From the NCBI RefSeq assembly GCF_006345805.1, contig NC_043011.1:26486464-26550463 (forward strand): DNA of 64,000 bases, given 5' to 3'. The translations under genes were made by a program, and so were the position numbers. Within the stretch, counting starts at the first letter, position 1, and every line of letters starts with the position of its first letter. The notes under the pieces were generated by a model. That model saw only the letters and a list, made by a program, of their open reading frames with translations, made no database searches and was not told the DNA's origin. Below, piece after piece: positions 36,230 to 50,051 of this stretch. This stretch comes from Octopus sinensis (Eukaryota).

Positions 36230-38250
36230 TAACAGGGCAACTGGGAATTCCTGAGGGACAGGTTGCTGAGTGTCACAGACCAAATCTGCAGCTAGTGCAA
36301 AGTCCCAACCAGACCTAGAGTGATGTGGTGATGGAACAGTGCTATAGACAAGGCCATTAGAGCAAAGAAACAGGCCTGGAAGAGTGGTGGTAACAGAACT
36401 ATATCAGGTAGCTAGGAGAAAGATTAGAAGACAGTTATATTTAGCCAGGGAAGCAGAAAGGAGGAAGTTTGTCAATGTTCTGCATTGTGAGGACCAGAGG
36501 CTTGAAGGGTTTCGGATTGCGAGTCAGTGTGTCAGAGAAAATCATGATGTGGTAAGAAATACATGTTCTCATGGATGATGGCTCACTTGCAGTTAGTGAC
36601 TCTGCCGAGGAGGTGGTTTAGAAGTGCCACTATGGAAGGCTGCTAAATACAGAGAATGAGAGCCTGCCAAATGTTGACCAAACAGAAGGGCTAGCTATTC
36701 GGATTGACAGTAGCTTAGTAGATAAAGCAAGCAATTAAGGATATGAATATAGGGAAAGTCTCCAGCCCATCAGGAATCACTGCTGGGATGCTTAAAATCT
36801 CAGGCAGAGTGGGATATGACCTGGTCAGCCATTTAGTTAATCAGATTGTCAGAAAGGGAATCATACCCAATGATTGGTGTAGCAGCATTAGTCAACTGCT
36901 TCAAAGACAAAGGTGATGCTCTAGACAAATAATTACAGAGGTATCAAATTGCTGGACCAGGTGATGAGTTGCAGAAAGGGCCATAGCTCAATTGGTTAGG
37001 AAGAGAATTAGCTTAGATGAGATGCAGTTTGAATTTGTGCCAAGAAGAGGCACCACTTATGCTATCTTCCTGGTGAGGCAATCGCAGGAAAAAATACTTG
37101 GCTAAAAATCAACCTCTATTCCTGGCTTTTGGAGAAAGCCTTTGACAGGGTCCCCACTCCCTTATCTGGTGGTCAATGCAGAAGCTAGGGATAGGTGAGT
37201 GGTTAGTGAGAGCTGTACAAGCCATGTATAGGGATGCTGTTAGTTGCCAATGAGTATAGCAGGGAGTTTAATGTAAAAGAAGGAGTCCACCTGGGTTTGA
37301 ACCCCTCTTATTTATCATGGTCCTCCAAGCTATAACAGGAATTTAAGTCTGGCTGCCCTTGGGAGCTTCTCTATGCTGATGACCTTGTTCTTATTGCTAA
37401 ATCACCACCAGAACTAGAGAAGAAATTTCAAGTATGGAATCAAAGGGCTTTAGAGTTAATTTAACAAAGCCCACAGCATTGATAAGTAGGAAAACAAATT
37501 GCAGATCCCTTGAGGGAGATGGCCCTGCTCGATATGGAGTTTCTCCTGACACCATTTCTACATAAGGTGTAGCCAGTGCAAGCTATGGACACATGAGGTG
37601 CAGCAAAATCAATGTTTACATATGGCAGATGAGCAGGTACATGAAACACCAGGAATGTACAAGAAATAGACTCCCTCATATGTCAAGGGGTTTCCTTAGA
37701 AATAAGACAATTTTCGTTACTTAGGTGACCAAGTTAGTAGTTGGGGTGGTTGTTCCGAAAGTATAGCTACTAGAATAAGAATAGGCTGGACAAAATTCAG
37801 GGAGCTACTACCTTGTTAGTAACAAAGTGCCTCTCTCTCAGATTGAAAGGCTGATTGTACAATGCCTGTGTATGAACAACTGTGCTATATGGGCTGTGAC
37901 TACTGAGGATATGCAAAGACTTAAAAGAAACGAAGTCTGTGTGCATATATGACAGTGTACTAATTTGAGAGAAAAACTAGGTATACGTAGCATCAGATGT
38001 GTATGAGAGAGAAGACTGCACTGATATGGACATAAGCATAGGAATGAAGATAGTTGCATCAAGATGTGCCAACCTCTAACTGTAGAGGGAACGTGTGGAA
38101 CCCAGGAAGGCGTGAGATGAAGTGGTGAGAAAGGATTTACAGATGCTGAAACTCACAAAGAGGATGACAGGGACCCAGGACTCCTGGCGGTTTGCTGTGC
38201 TTGAAAAGACACATCAAGCTAAGTAAAAGTATGGTTGTCCTTGCATACAG
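36230..38250 (+). mobile_element. Degenerate RTE-type LINE in a DNAJA intron
   Basis: Same family as 9790-11065; YADD at 37372-37383; many stops. Confidence 0.85.
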
Positions 38251-38746
38251 ACTCATCCCCTGCAACCCTCTCCAATTGAGCATCCTTAATCTTGCAGGCT
38301 CGTAGGTGCCGGTGCTGCATAAAAGCACCCAGTACACTCTGTAAAGTGGTCAGCGTTAGGAAGGGCTTCCAGCTGTAGATACTATGCCAAAAGACATGGA
38401 ACCATAAGTTGGTCAGCTCCTGTCAAACCGTCCAACCCATGCCAGCATGGGAAAACGGACGTTAAATGGAGCTAATTTCAGGCAGGTTATGGGTAAATAG
38501 AAGTATTAGTTTCCACTTGTTTCGATTATGAAAATAATGAAGAATTTGAGAAGATAACTTTATTAAAATTGTATTTGGAACGTTTGAAATCAGTTTTTTA
38601 TATTTTTTTTTTTTGTCAAATCAACTGTTCTATTTTGGCATCATAGTTGCAGTTTACTTTTTCTTTGTCCCTTATACAAAGCTTTTCCTGAAAGTATTTT
38701 GGCCTGTTAAGCAATCAAATGTTTATAACTGGTTTTGCAACCTCTT

Positions 38747-38784
<38 letters not shown>

Positions 38785-38872
38785 ATTTCAGTCTTGTGGA
38801 TGCTTTTTTTTTTTTTTATAGATTAAGCTTTTAGAAGTTGGTTTCAATATTTTTTAAATTTGTATTTTAAAG

Positions 38873-39103
38873 GTATGAAAGATGGTCAGACATTTCGATT
38901 TGCTGGTGATGGTGATCAATTTCCAAAAATGGAAGCAGGAGATGTTATCATAGTTTTGGATGAACAAGAGGATGAACTTTTCCGTCGTAGTGGAGCTGAT
39001 CTTGAAATGCCAATTTCACTGACCCTTACAGAAGCCTTATGTGGGTTTCAGAAAACTATTCCCACTTTAGATGATCGTATTTTAGTTGCAACTAGTTTAC
39101 CCG
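38873..39103 (+). CDS. DNAJA1: DNAJA coding exon 4 (C-terminal substrate-binding domain)
   Basis: ttttaaag|GT ATG; GMKDGQTFRFAGDGDQ...LTEALCGFQKTIPTLDDR; donor G|gtaag. Confidence 0.95.
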
Positions 39104-39763
39104 GTAAGTTTATGTTTTCATTTATATTTAACCAGCATTCTGTACATCAACATTTATTCAAATTAGCCTCCATAATTGGTTGACCCCCCCTGATTTAACT
39201 CTGAAGGGCTTTTAAAATAAATCTACTTCATTCACTGCAATGCTGCTGTGTATTTGCATTGTACATAGTAGCTTCTCAAAGCATTGTTTGGGTGAGGCTT
39301 TTTAATATACTGCTATTTTAGTTTTAATATTTTGGAATAAATTTCCCAGGCAATATGATTTAACTGCGAAGTTATTTTTGTTTAACTGCTATATCAATTA
39401 TGCTAACCTAACGTTGATGCAATAAAGTACAAATCCTTGCATTAGAGAATAAATAAGATTTATTAGATTAAAGCTCCAAGTTACTGAATTAGAATTTCAT
39501 AGCTTGGAGTTCAAGCCTTGCTGCAACAATTGTTACATTCCTTGAGGGATACACATACCTTTCCTTTGTGGTCACACTGATTTTAGTCTCTATATCATAC
39601 TTGTTTGCTATCTTAAAAAAATTTCAGTTGTAGAAATATACTTCAAAATTATTAAGGCTTAAATGCTATTTCTTGTGAGTTTTTTTTTTTTTTTTTTTCT
39701 AATTTGTTTGATTACAATAAAAATTTAAATTACATGTTTTAAATAGAAATACTTTATTTTCAG

Positions 39764-40089
39764 GTGAGGTTGTCAAGCATGGAGATATCAAGTGTGTTGT
39801 TGGTGAGGGTATGCCTATATATCGTGACCCATTTGAAAAAGGAGTTTTGATCATAAAATTTACTGTCAAATTCCCACCATCAAATTTTATTCCCTCAGAC
39901 AAATTGGTAGAACTTGAAAAACTGCTGCCTGAACGTAGACCTGTGAACATTCCAGTTAGTGCAGAAGCATGTGTTCTGTCAGAATTTAATCCAAAAGAAC
40001 AACGTTATAGGTCTCAACGCACTGAAGCTTATGATGATGATGATGATGATCACATGGGTCAATCCCGAGTTCAGTGTGCCTCCCATTGA
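39764..40089 (+). CDS. DNAJA1: DNAJA terminal exon ending in the CaaX motif CASH
   Basis: ttttcag|GT GAG; GEVVKHGDIKCVVGEGMPIYRDPFEKG...RVQCASH*. The five exons sum to 1209 nt, i.e. 402 aa plus stop. Confidence 0.95.
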
Positions 40090-40707
40090 TAGTTTCCACC
40101 TTTAAAAAAAAAAAAAAAGAAAAAAAAAAAAACATTAGATTTTTATTCTACACCCTCCTCCTTTTTCAATTGATAATGTTCATTCATTGTCGCTCTTTCA
40201 GCTTGATAGATCTTTCTGCTTATTTTATTCATGCTTCCTTTTATTTATTATTTTTTGGTTCTAACCATATATAGAAGATTCCATATATCATCTACAAAAC
40301 TTCCATGAATTTTTCTTCCCTCTCTAACATACTTATGTTACCTTGATCTCCATTAATTTAATCCTAAACTAGAATTTCTTGTTCATGAATTCTATAAAGC
40401 TCTTGGTATTCTGAAGAGTGTAAAATGGAGTAACTTTGCAATTATGGTCTAATCTACTTCTTTATTGCTAGATACATATAATATCGTGCAGACCAAGACA
40501 ACCAAACAATACTGACTTTCTTTTTGATTATCTATTGGTTTTGTCTGTATACTTTTTTGTTGTTTGATTATGACTGGCTTTTGAATAATATCCAGACATA
40601 TAACATGGCTCTTCATACAAATGTCTTTCTATTTAATAGATGTAATAATTATGGAATAAAATTAGATCAAACTTTTTATTCTCCCCTCTTAATATTATCG
40701 CTATCTT

Positions 40708-40926
40708 TTAACCCTTTTGATACCAACCTGCCTGGATCCACCTATGGGTCTCTGCTACTAAACCTGTTTGTATTTATATTTAAAAATTAATTAGTAAATT
40801 GTCTTCTAAAATGCAACTTTAATGAAAAAATTATTTTACTAAATCCCTCCACAAATTTGATTTTCAAAATGAACTGAAACCTATATAGTGTAAGATATAC
40901 TAGGAATATGGTCACAAAAGGGTTAA
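40708..40926. mobile_element. TTAA-flanked piggyBac-like MITE in the probable DNAJA 3' UTR
   Basis: ttaacccttttgatacc ... ggtcacaaaagggttaa. Confidence 0.75.
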
Positions 40927-43900
40927 GATATTCTCCTGCATACAAATGCAACTGCTGAGTTTGGTGCTGAACATATGTATAACCTATTATTTTTGTATGT
41001 TCTTACCGCCATGTTGCTATTAATCTGTAGGATTTTACCTTATTTCCCTGCTTGCTCACAAGGTGTTTTTTCAGACTTGTCATAGCCATATTCTTTACTT
41101 TATCAAGCATTTGGATGTGAGATGCTTTTGATTGAAAAGCAATATCTTTGAAGCATCTGATGAAACTCAAGCTGATTGCAGTGTTTGATTGTGCATCTAA
41201 TGAATGACATTTTCAACTGACATGTTGGCAGTGATTTGTTTACTAATATTTTTTTTTTTTTTTTTTTAAACCTTCATTTTAGAAAATGTAGGGAACCACA
41301 AGGTAATAAATCATCTATAATGAGGAGGCTCTTCTGTAACACATTTCATACTAATTCATTGAAATATTTGATTCCAAAATTCTATGTATATAGTAAATGA
41401 AACTAATTTGTCCTCCTAGTGTAAACATTGTATGGAGTTTGAAATAAATTCTAAATGGCATGTTTCCGTTTATTTCCATATGTCATTTTTTTTCCTTTAT
41501 ATATTATTTGGTTATAATTTACTAATCTTCTGAGCATAGTCTTAATATTGTAGATGGTTTACTAATTTTTGTATAATTTGGTTCCACTTCAAAGTTTATC
41601 TTGAATAGGTCAAATAGGTGTCAGCATCAAATATTTAAGTCCTGGCAGGAAACATTTGAACTACCTCATTTTAAAATTTAATCATAGATTTTTTTTTAAA
41701 GCTTTAGGGATATTCTTGTTATAGCTTACAAATTTCCTTACTGCTTATAGCTGAACTTGTAGATACTCATTTTGTTCTACAAAAGAAAAAAAGGGATGGG
41801 GGTCTGTAGAAATTTAAGTAACAATTTGTTTTCATATTTTTAGTTAAGTTTAGTGTTGCAGTTAATAGTGTCTATAATTTTCACTCAAATTGCAAGTGCC
41901 TTGACTTGTATTGCTTAAATTACCATTGTTCTTTCTGTAAAGTGAAGGATTGTTTCTTCATTGTGGTGTGTGAAGAAACTTTTTCCAACTATAAAAAACA
42001 TCAATATGCAAATCTTACTGTTTGAATATTGACCATCACCCCCATCATTTAAAACCTCTTTCCGATTTTCAAATATCGTGTAGTCCTTAGGATTGTTGGG
42101 ATATAAACTGCAATGATTCTTATTGCTTTATTATCTTGAAAAGATATGAGCTTAATGTATGCATTTGCTGATATATTTCTATGTCTTATGTGGATTGGGT
42201 CATTAAAAGCAGATGATTTCGTTTGATGCAAAACACTCTTTTTAGAAGTCAATGTGTTTATGAAGACTGCAACAAACTTGTTTTCAAATGCAATATATCC
42301 ATATAAAAACTATGATACAGTGAAAAGTATAAACAAAATTGAGTCTTTAGAATTAAAGATAGGTAGAAATTGAAATAAAATCCAGGTTTTCCCCAATATT
42401 GGCATCTACACTGCTGCTCTGGTTCCATAGGTAAAATATTTTTGACAGTTTAGGATTATTTTTATTGTATGCAATGATATTTAGCTTGGCCATATAGTGA
42501 ATTCAAAACTATTTGTATTTAAAATTAATAAAATTCCTTCAGATTTATGTGTGTCTTTTTTTCTCTTTTTCATAGTCAATTTGCCATTCACATTTAATAT
42601 TGAGCTTTAGCAAGAGAAACATTAAGCTTAACTTGTTCAAGTGGGAAACAAAATAGTTTTAAGATTTCGTTCTACACAGAGCAGTGGCAGTAAAAAATCT
42701 GAATTTAGTTGCTTGACCTGTTTTATGTAGGGGCCAATTTTCAAGATGAATTTTCTTTTTTTTAGTTGCTTGACCTGTTTTATGAAGGGGCCAATTTTCA
42801 AGATGAATTTTCTTTTTGTGGGGGTGTTAAAGAATGTACTGACAAAATTTGAACCATTCATTTTGTCTGATAAACAAAACATTTGAGCAGAGCAAGGTTA
42901 TCTTGAGTACATTTGTTTCTTTCAGTTGTATTTTTTTGTATGAGAAACTGTTAGTTCTATTATTTTACCTATTCAGTTGATGAGAAAATTGAGAAACAAT
43001 TTTATATTATAAAAGGAAATATGATGGCTGTCATTTAATGTAATAAATCTTACCTTTACCACTAAACTTTGTGACAATGGGTCCCATTCTAGCTCTAGTC
43101 GCATGGTTAACAAATCAAACTATAAAATGTGCCAATCTTGACCATTTCTACAAATGCTTAAAACGTTTCTGTGCAAGTGTGAAGAGTAAAATTTTAAAAT
43201 TGCCTTGTTATGACAGTCATACTTGATCATTGTTATATTTTTATCATTGTCCTTTAGCAGTCGAGACCACTTGTGTTGCTGTCAGTACCAAATGAGAGGC
43301 ATGATCATGTGCCAAGACCCCTCCCCACCCTTTTTTTTTTCTTTTAACTGGTTACAATTGTATCCTTTTGAAAAAGCATTTCTTTCATTCACTGAACTAT
43401 CTTCACAAAAGCAGTTATGACTACATAAACCAAGCACAATAATTCAGTTCAGGTCGTTAACAAATGCAACTAACATATCTCAAGAATGCAGTATTAGCCT
43501 TAGCTGAGATAAGAAAACAACTGTGTTAAGTTTAGACACCCCCCACCCTCGTAACATTTTAAACTAATGCATTTGCTGGCAGTGATATTATTGAACAAGA
43601 TATTCCAAAATAGTATTCAGATTTCTTTGTCAAATGTAATGCTTATTTCTTCACGTTGTTTTGAATTAGTCACACATTGTAGCTTCAAGATTTCAATGGT
43701 GTTTTTGTATATTTTTTAGAATGACATTGTAGTTTTTTTTTTTTTTTTTTTTGACATTGGATTGGGTCAGTTTTAATGTAAGACAGGTAGAATATTGGGG
43801 CTGGATTAAATGCTAAAGGATCAAAAGTACTGATAGTCAAATTAAAATGAGAATATCTGAAATAAACTCGACTGCTCTCACAAACCTGGATCAATCCCAA

Positions 43901-45557
43901 AATCTAATTGGTTGGTGCCAGTCACAAGGCCAAGCATCCCTGAAAGTTTCATCCGAATTCATCTTGCAGTTCTTGAGATATCTTGTCCATGGACAAACAA
44001 ACGCAACTGAAAACAATGCCTTTGCTAAGGCAGAGGTAAAAATTGGTGGTAAAAGAAATTAGGGACTGGAACAAATTGGAATCTAACCCCCTGCTTATGT
44101 TTTGAGTTCAAATCCTAAGTCCACATTATTTGACAACAGATACATGAATGGTAAATACAAGTCAAGAACTGTAGAGTAATTCTAATCAACTGCCAAGGGA
44201 GACTAGCTTAGAGCCCATATTCTCCCACTTAAAACTGGAGTTCAACAACAATAGTTACTGCTGTTATATGAATATTTATCTGCTTACTATTCAGGTCACT
44301 GCTTGGAATCTTGGGGTTAATAGCCCGAGCTCTTAACCACTACTAACCCCAAGATTCCAAGCAGTGACCTGAATAATAATAATAATAATAATAATTATTA
44401 TTATTATTATTTATCTGATTTATCTTATATTTTTACCACCACAACTTATGTATACTCTAAAAGCAAACACTATCAAATGGAGTTATGCAAGAGAAGATAG
44501 AAACTAAAAATAGATTAACATATAGAGGCAGGTTTGGCTGTATGGTAAGAAGGTGGTGAGCTGGCAGAATCGATTTTGCCTTAAAGGCAGCAAGCTGGCA
44601 GAAGCATTAGTACACCAGGCAAAATGCTTAGCAGTATTCTGTCTGCCATTACGTTCTGAGTTCAAATTCCGCCGAGGTCGACTTTGCCTTTCAGGGTCAA
44701 TAAATTAAGTACCAGTTACGTACTGGAATCGGTATAATCAACTTAATCCCTTTGTTTGTCCCCTCCATGTTCAGTCCCTTGTAGGCAATAAAGAAAAAAG
44801 AAGCTTGCTTCCATATAGGTTCAGTCCCACTGCATGGCACCTTTAGCAAGTGACTTAGCACTTAAGCAAAGAGAGACCAATAAGTACTGGGGTCAATTTG
44901 TTCAACTAAATCCTTTTGAGGGTAATCTAGTCCAATGACTGAAACAGGTAGCATTGTCATAGACACACCAACCTCTGTGTGTATATTCTTTTACTTGTTT
45001 GTCATTTGACTGACCATGCTGGAGCACTGCCTTCAAAGGGTTTTTTTTTTTTTTTATAAATTGACCTTAGGAGTAAAGCTTAGTACTTACTCTATTGGTC
45101 ACTTTTGCCAAACTGTGATGAGGGGACAAACACACATACATACAAGTGTCTTTCAGTTTTCGACTACCATATGGTTGGGAAGCAAGCTTCTTGCCACACA
45201 CACGTTTTCCTATTTAATAAACAAAACCAATTTCAACATAAATGTAGATGGAAAGCTAAAAAATATATTAGAACACCTTCAATCAATATTTTCATTTCAC
45301 TTAAATGTGAAGAAGGGAAAGCAAACTTTTCCAAACGCTAAATTACTATAATAAAAATTGATAAATCTATTCTTTATTTTTCTGGCCAATACATACAAGT
45401 TACAGTCAATACAGGACATGCATGTTCAACCTTGTTTCCTCTCTCAAACATTCAAGTGGAAGAATTTCAATCAGTTTATAGTTGGTATGTGTGATTGCAC
45501 AGACTTCTTTGGAGTAAGCAGTTTCGGAAGATAATCTTTGTTCGGAATCCTTTTTAA

Positions 45558-45637
45558 TTATCTTTTACCTTTAGACTTTTTTGTCTTGGGTGCATACTCT
45601 AATCCAGTAACCATTCTTCGTGGAACTTTATATTTAT
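45558..45637 (-). CDS. EIF2D: EIF2D terminal exon
   Basis: cacag|AT; NKYKVPRRMVTGLEYAPKTKKSKGKR*. AATAAA on the minus strand at about 45373-45378. Confidence 0.9.
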
Positions 45638-45720
45638 CTGTGATGCAAGAAAAATATTAATTATAACTGTGAATATAAAAATCGAGAATGATACATAGAA
45701 AAAATTTAGATGCAACTTAC

Positions 45721-45883
45721 TAATCAGTGCTTTTTCAACAAAATTTACTTGATTGCCTTGTATCAAAACATGTTTGCCCGTTTCCTGGAATACACTTGTG
45801 CTGCAGGCAACACCAACACTGACATGGTGTGCAAATTCTTCAGGACAAATTCCTAATGATTCTAAATTTCGTACAATAGTAAC
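45721..45883 (-). CDS. EIF2D: EIF2D exon (SUI1 domain)
   Basis: tttcag|VTIVRNLESLGICPEEFAHHVSVGVACSTSVFQETGKHVLIQGNQVNFVEKALI A|gtaagt. Confidence 0.95.
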
Positions 45884-45916
45884 CTGAAAGTTCAGAAACA
45901 ACAAAAGAGTAACAAA

Positions 45917-46707
45917 TTAACCATTTAGTATTTAAAAATCAGCCATATCCAGCCAAAATATTCTGTTTTATCTTCAAACTGGCTAGATGTGGCCTCTCAC
46001 ACCAACCCAACAATATCAACCCTTTTGACCGACAGATTTAAAAAATAATATTTTGTAACTAAACACTTTCAGACTTCGGACACTGGTAGAATGTCATATA
46101 AAACATTTTTTATTCTTAGCGTTTTTGAGAAAAGCCTATATTTACAAAGTTATTTCACGTTAAAGCTGTCGTATTTCGGTTAATTTCAACCAATCAACGA
46201 CGTATATTCAGCTGAATAAAATTACTGCTGTTGTTTGTCAACAAGAACTTCCAGCGGTGTATATTTCATTTGTCATTGTTATTTATGACAACCCTAACCC
46301 CTTAAAGCTAAAACCAGTACAAATGCACGAACGATATAGATAACAGTGACAAACGAAATATACACCACCAACGGCAGTAATTTTATTCAGCTGAATACAT
46401 GTCATTGATTGGTTGAAATTACTGAAATACAATTTCAACGAGAAATAACTTCGTAAATATAAGCTTTTCTCAAAAACACTAAGAATAAAAGATGATTTAT
46501 ATGACACATTCTACCAGTGTCTGAAGTTTGAAAGTTACAAAAAATTATTTTTTAAATCTGTCGGTCAAAAGGTAAAGATCCCAATATCATTCTAAAATTT
46601 AAGTTACCTCACCAAAATCTTAAAAGAAACAAGATAATGCATGGTAAATTCAAAACTGCAAATAAATAAGCATTACTTTTGACAGAATGTGAATGCTAAA
46701 GGGTTAA
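45917..46707. mobile_element. TTAA-flanked piggyBac-like MITE, interrupted by the foldback element
   Basis: Ends ttaaccatttagtatt ... aatgctaaagggttaa; similar to the uninterrupted copy at 56899-57121. Confidence 0.65.
46019..46581. mobile_element. Related foldback element with 8-bp flanking duplication CAATATCA
   Basis: TIR ccttttgaccgacaga / tctgtcggtcaaaagg; shares the taactaaacacttt...actggtagaatgt block with 14011-14745; CAATATCA at 46011-46018 and 46582-46589. Confidence 0.8.
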
Positions 46708-47159
46708 ATGAACGATAATGAGAAGAGGATATGACTTGGGTATTCAATCATTAACACAGTTACCTCACAAATTATTGGAGAGTTGTGGTAGTATATTTTC
46801 AAGACTTGCATGAGCCATCACATTTCTTTTCTATAAGCCGTTTGGAATCTAACATGCTTATCATCTCTATAGATTATTTAATAGAAATTATAGTCAGCAC
46901 TGATTGCAGTAGTGACTTTCCATATCCGAGACGCCTGATGTAAACAAGATCAAAAACGAAAAATGGGTAATGGGTGTACATGCCATATTCCAGGAGTTTT
47001 TGCATTCATCAGCATCCATCCAACCCATTAATCATTTACAATCTCATTGTTTACATCAAGCATCTCAAATACAAAATGTATGATTTCTATAGACAATCTG
47101 CAGTGATAACCTAAACAAGTGATGTAATAGCATTGCTAACACAATAAAATACAGTGTTC

Positions 47160-47690
47160 ATCATCATCATCGTTCAATGTCCGCTTTCCATGCTAGCATG
47201 GGTTGGATGTGTGACTGAGGGCTGGCAAACCAGATGGCTGCACCAGGCTTCAATCTTGATGCGGCAGAGTTTCTACAGCTGGATGCCCTTCCTAACGCTA
47301 ACCACTCCAAGAGTGTAGTGGGTGCTTTTACGTGCCACCAGCATGGGGCCAGTCAGGTGGCACTGGCAACGACCTTGCTCGAATCTTTTACACATGCCAC
47401 TAAGGCGATGCTGGTAACGATCACGCTCGAATGGTGTTTTTTACGTGCCACCGGCACAGAGGCCAGATAGCCGCTCTGGCAATGAACAGGCTTAGATGGT
47501 GCTCTTAATACCCTACTAGCATGGGGCTCGAGTGTCAGTAGTGCGACACTGGTAATGATCATGCTCGAATGGTGCCTTTTAAGTGCCACTGGCCTGGAAG
47601 CCGGTTAGCCGCTCTGTCAATGGTCACACTCGTATGGTGCTCATTGCACCCCGCTAGCATGGACGCCAGCCATCGAATTTGATTTTGATT
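47160..47690 (+). repeat. (CAT)n-headed interspersed repeat with internal tandem subunits
   Basis: catcatcgtttaacgtcc...ctggatgcccttcctaacgccaaccactc core; copies at about 11130, 24960, 55430 and 60275. Confidence 0.8.
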
Positions 47691-49486
47691 TTTGAAAGTG
47701 TTGACTTACAAAAATATTTAATATAATTTGTAGAATATTATAGCTACATAACGAAATACAAGTCACTAATATGTATAATTATGGTACACTGGATCAACTT
47801 TTTTTGTCTGTATTTTATTTTTCTTTTATTTTCACATCATTATCATACCATGTTTTCACCAGCCTGCCTTTTCTTTCTCATGTCCCCTTCAACTATCCAC
47901 TTGACAACTGTTGTTTGCATTTGTGTGTGTGTATATGAGTGTAAACAGTAAGCTTCTTTCAGTTTCCATCTACCAAATCCATTCACAAGAATTTGGTCAG
48001 CCCAAGACCCATAGTCGAAGACACTTACCCAAGCTGGAGCACAGTAGGGCTGAACCCAAGATCACATGATTGTGAAGCAAACTTCTCAACCATACTGAGT
48101 TTCTTATTTCTTTATTGCCCACAAGGGGCTAAACACAAAGGGGACAGACAAAGGGATTACATCGACCCCCAGTGCATAACTGGTATTTCAACCCCAAAAG
48201 GATGAAAGGCAAAGTTGACCTCGGCAGAATTTGAACTCAGAACGTAATGGCAGACAAAATACCGCTAAGCATTTCGCCCGGCGTGCTAATGTTTTTGCCA
48301 GCTCGCCGCCTTCCATACTTCATGCAATGGAAGTAAAATAAAAGATGAATAATCAGAAAATATAATTTGAAAAACAAAATAACGAAAAACATTTTATTTA
48401 CCATCATCATCATTTAACGTCCTACATCAGTAGTAAATACTCAAGAATTTCAATTTAGCTATATGATCCACTTAAAGGTTTATATCATATTATGAACTTT
48501 GGTACCATATGATCTACCAAGTGGATCATAGGTGAAAAAAACACTACATATATGATCTTTGCCTCACATATGATAGAGTAAAGAATTATCATTATGCTCA
48601 CATAAAAAGTTATTAAGATATTGTTTTGGGATCCTGGGGATAATTGATAAATGAAGCTTGGGAGCCAACATGTTAAGAAAGTCATGCTACATATGGATGA
48701 GGACGGCTGCGTAAAGAAGTGCCGATTTCTTAACTACAGCAGAGGAAGACATGGGACAAGGTGATGAAGTGTGATCTTTGGATGTTGAGTTTCATGGAGG
48801 TGACAACAAGAGACTGAGACCTTTGGCAATTTGTTGTGCTTTAAAAGACAACAAGCTAAGTGGAATCATAGTTGTGACCCGTAAAGGCACCCACTACACT
48901 CTGTGGAATGATTGGCATTAGGAAGGACATCCAGTTGTAGAAACCAAGCCAGAACAGACTGGAGCCTGGGGCAGCTCTCCAGTCAAACCATCTAACCCAT
49001 TGCCAGCATGGAAAATGGATGCTAAATGATAATGATGATACTTTCCAATTAATTAAGAATTAGGGTAAATAAATATTGAATTATCAGTCATGAGCCAATC
49101 TGAATGTATGTCTTCATATCTACAAGGTAAGATATATTACTGGATTCAGTTTATTAGGTAAACAGGTGTCAGGAAATACGTTCCTTTATAGGAGGGATGA
49201 GATTTGTCTCGTGTTTACACAATAACAGAAAATCTGGGAGTTAAGAATTTCTAAGTTGCAAATATTTGTTAATAAGGTTCTGTGTAAGTAATAACATGAT
49301 ATTTCAGGAAAGTTATGTCACAGCCGTGGGCAAAGCACAGCGAAGATTTTACAAAAATGCTATATCTGATCCCCAAAAGGTTATGGTTATCTAACAGGAA
49401 AGTTATGTCATAGCAGTGATCCAATTGAGGATAATGTTATACTACAGAAAAGCTGATACAACAGTGATCCCAGCAAGGCTAAGCCT

Positions 49487-49693
49487 AGCTGGCAGAAACG
49501 TTAGCACGCCGGGTGAAATGCTTAGCGGTATTTCGTCTGCCGTTACGTTGTGAGTTCAAATTCTGCTGAGGTCGACTTTGCCTTTCATCCTTTCGGGGTC
49601 GATAAATTAAGTACCAGTAACGCACTGGGGTCGATGTAATCGATTTAATCCCTTTGTCTGTCCTTGTTTAGCCCCTTGTGGGTAATAAAGAAA
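49487..49693 (+). mobile_element. SINE, third family (gagttcaaattccgccgaggtcgactttgcc core)
   Basis: Copies at about 9118-9330, 12873-13280 (tandem pair), 15016-15178, 44590-44797 and 48105-48310 (-). Confidence 0.8.
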
Positions 49694-50051
49694 TATATAT
49701 AACAGGAAAGTAGTTGAAAGAATGATTCAAGGTATATTACAGGTAAGCTGCGTAAGAAAAGTGGGCCAAGCAAGGCTAAGATTATGTTTAAAGGAAGGCT
49801 TTGCTGTAACAGTGGGCCAAGAAAGACTAAGGTTAGAAAGATTAAAATTCCCTTCTCATGGAACACCATGCACCATTTTGCATTTTTTTTTTGTAACCAA
49901 TGCAGACCATCACTAGTTTCCGGGTCTTATTATGTAGGCCTGCAGCCAGCTGAGTTAACAAAGAAGTAAGGCTGAATACTGTCACATAACTGGAACATTG
50001 CTATGTGAAAACAATAACAAGTTTGGAGAGCCAAATATTCTGAAAACTTAC

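Noticed and set aside
45510-45550. HHR-like string in the EIF2D 3' UTR
   Set aside because: C3-C8 cannot pair and helices I and III do not form.
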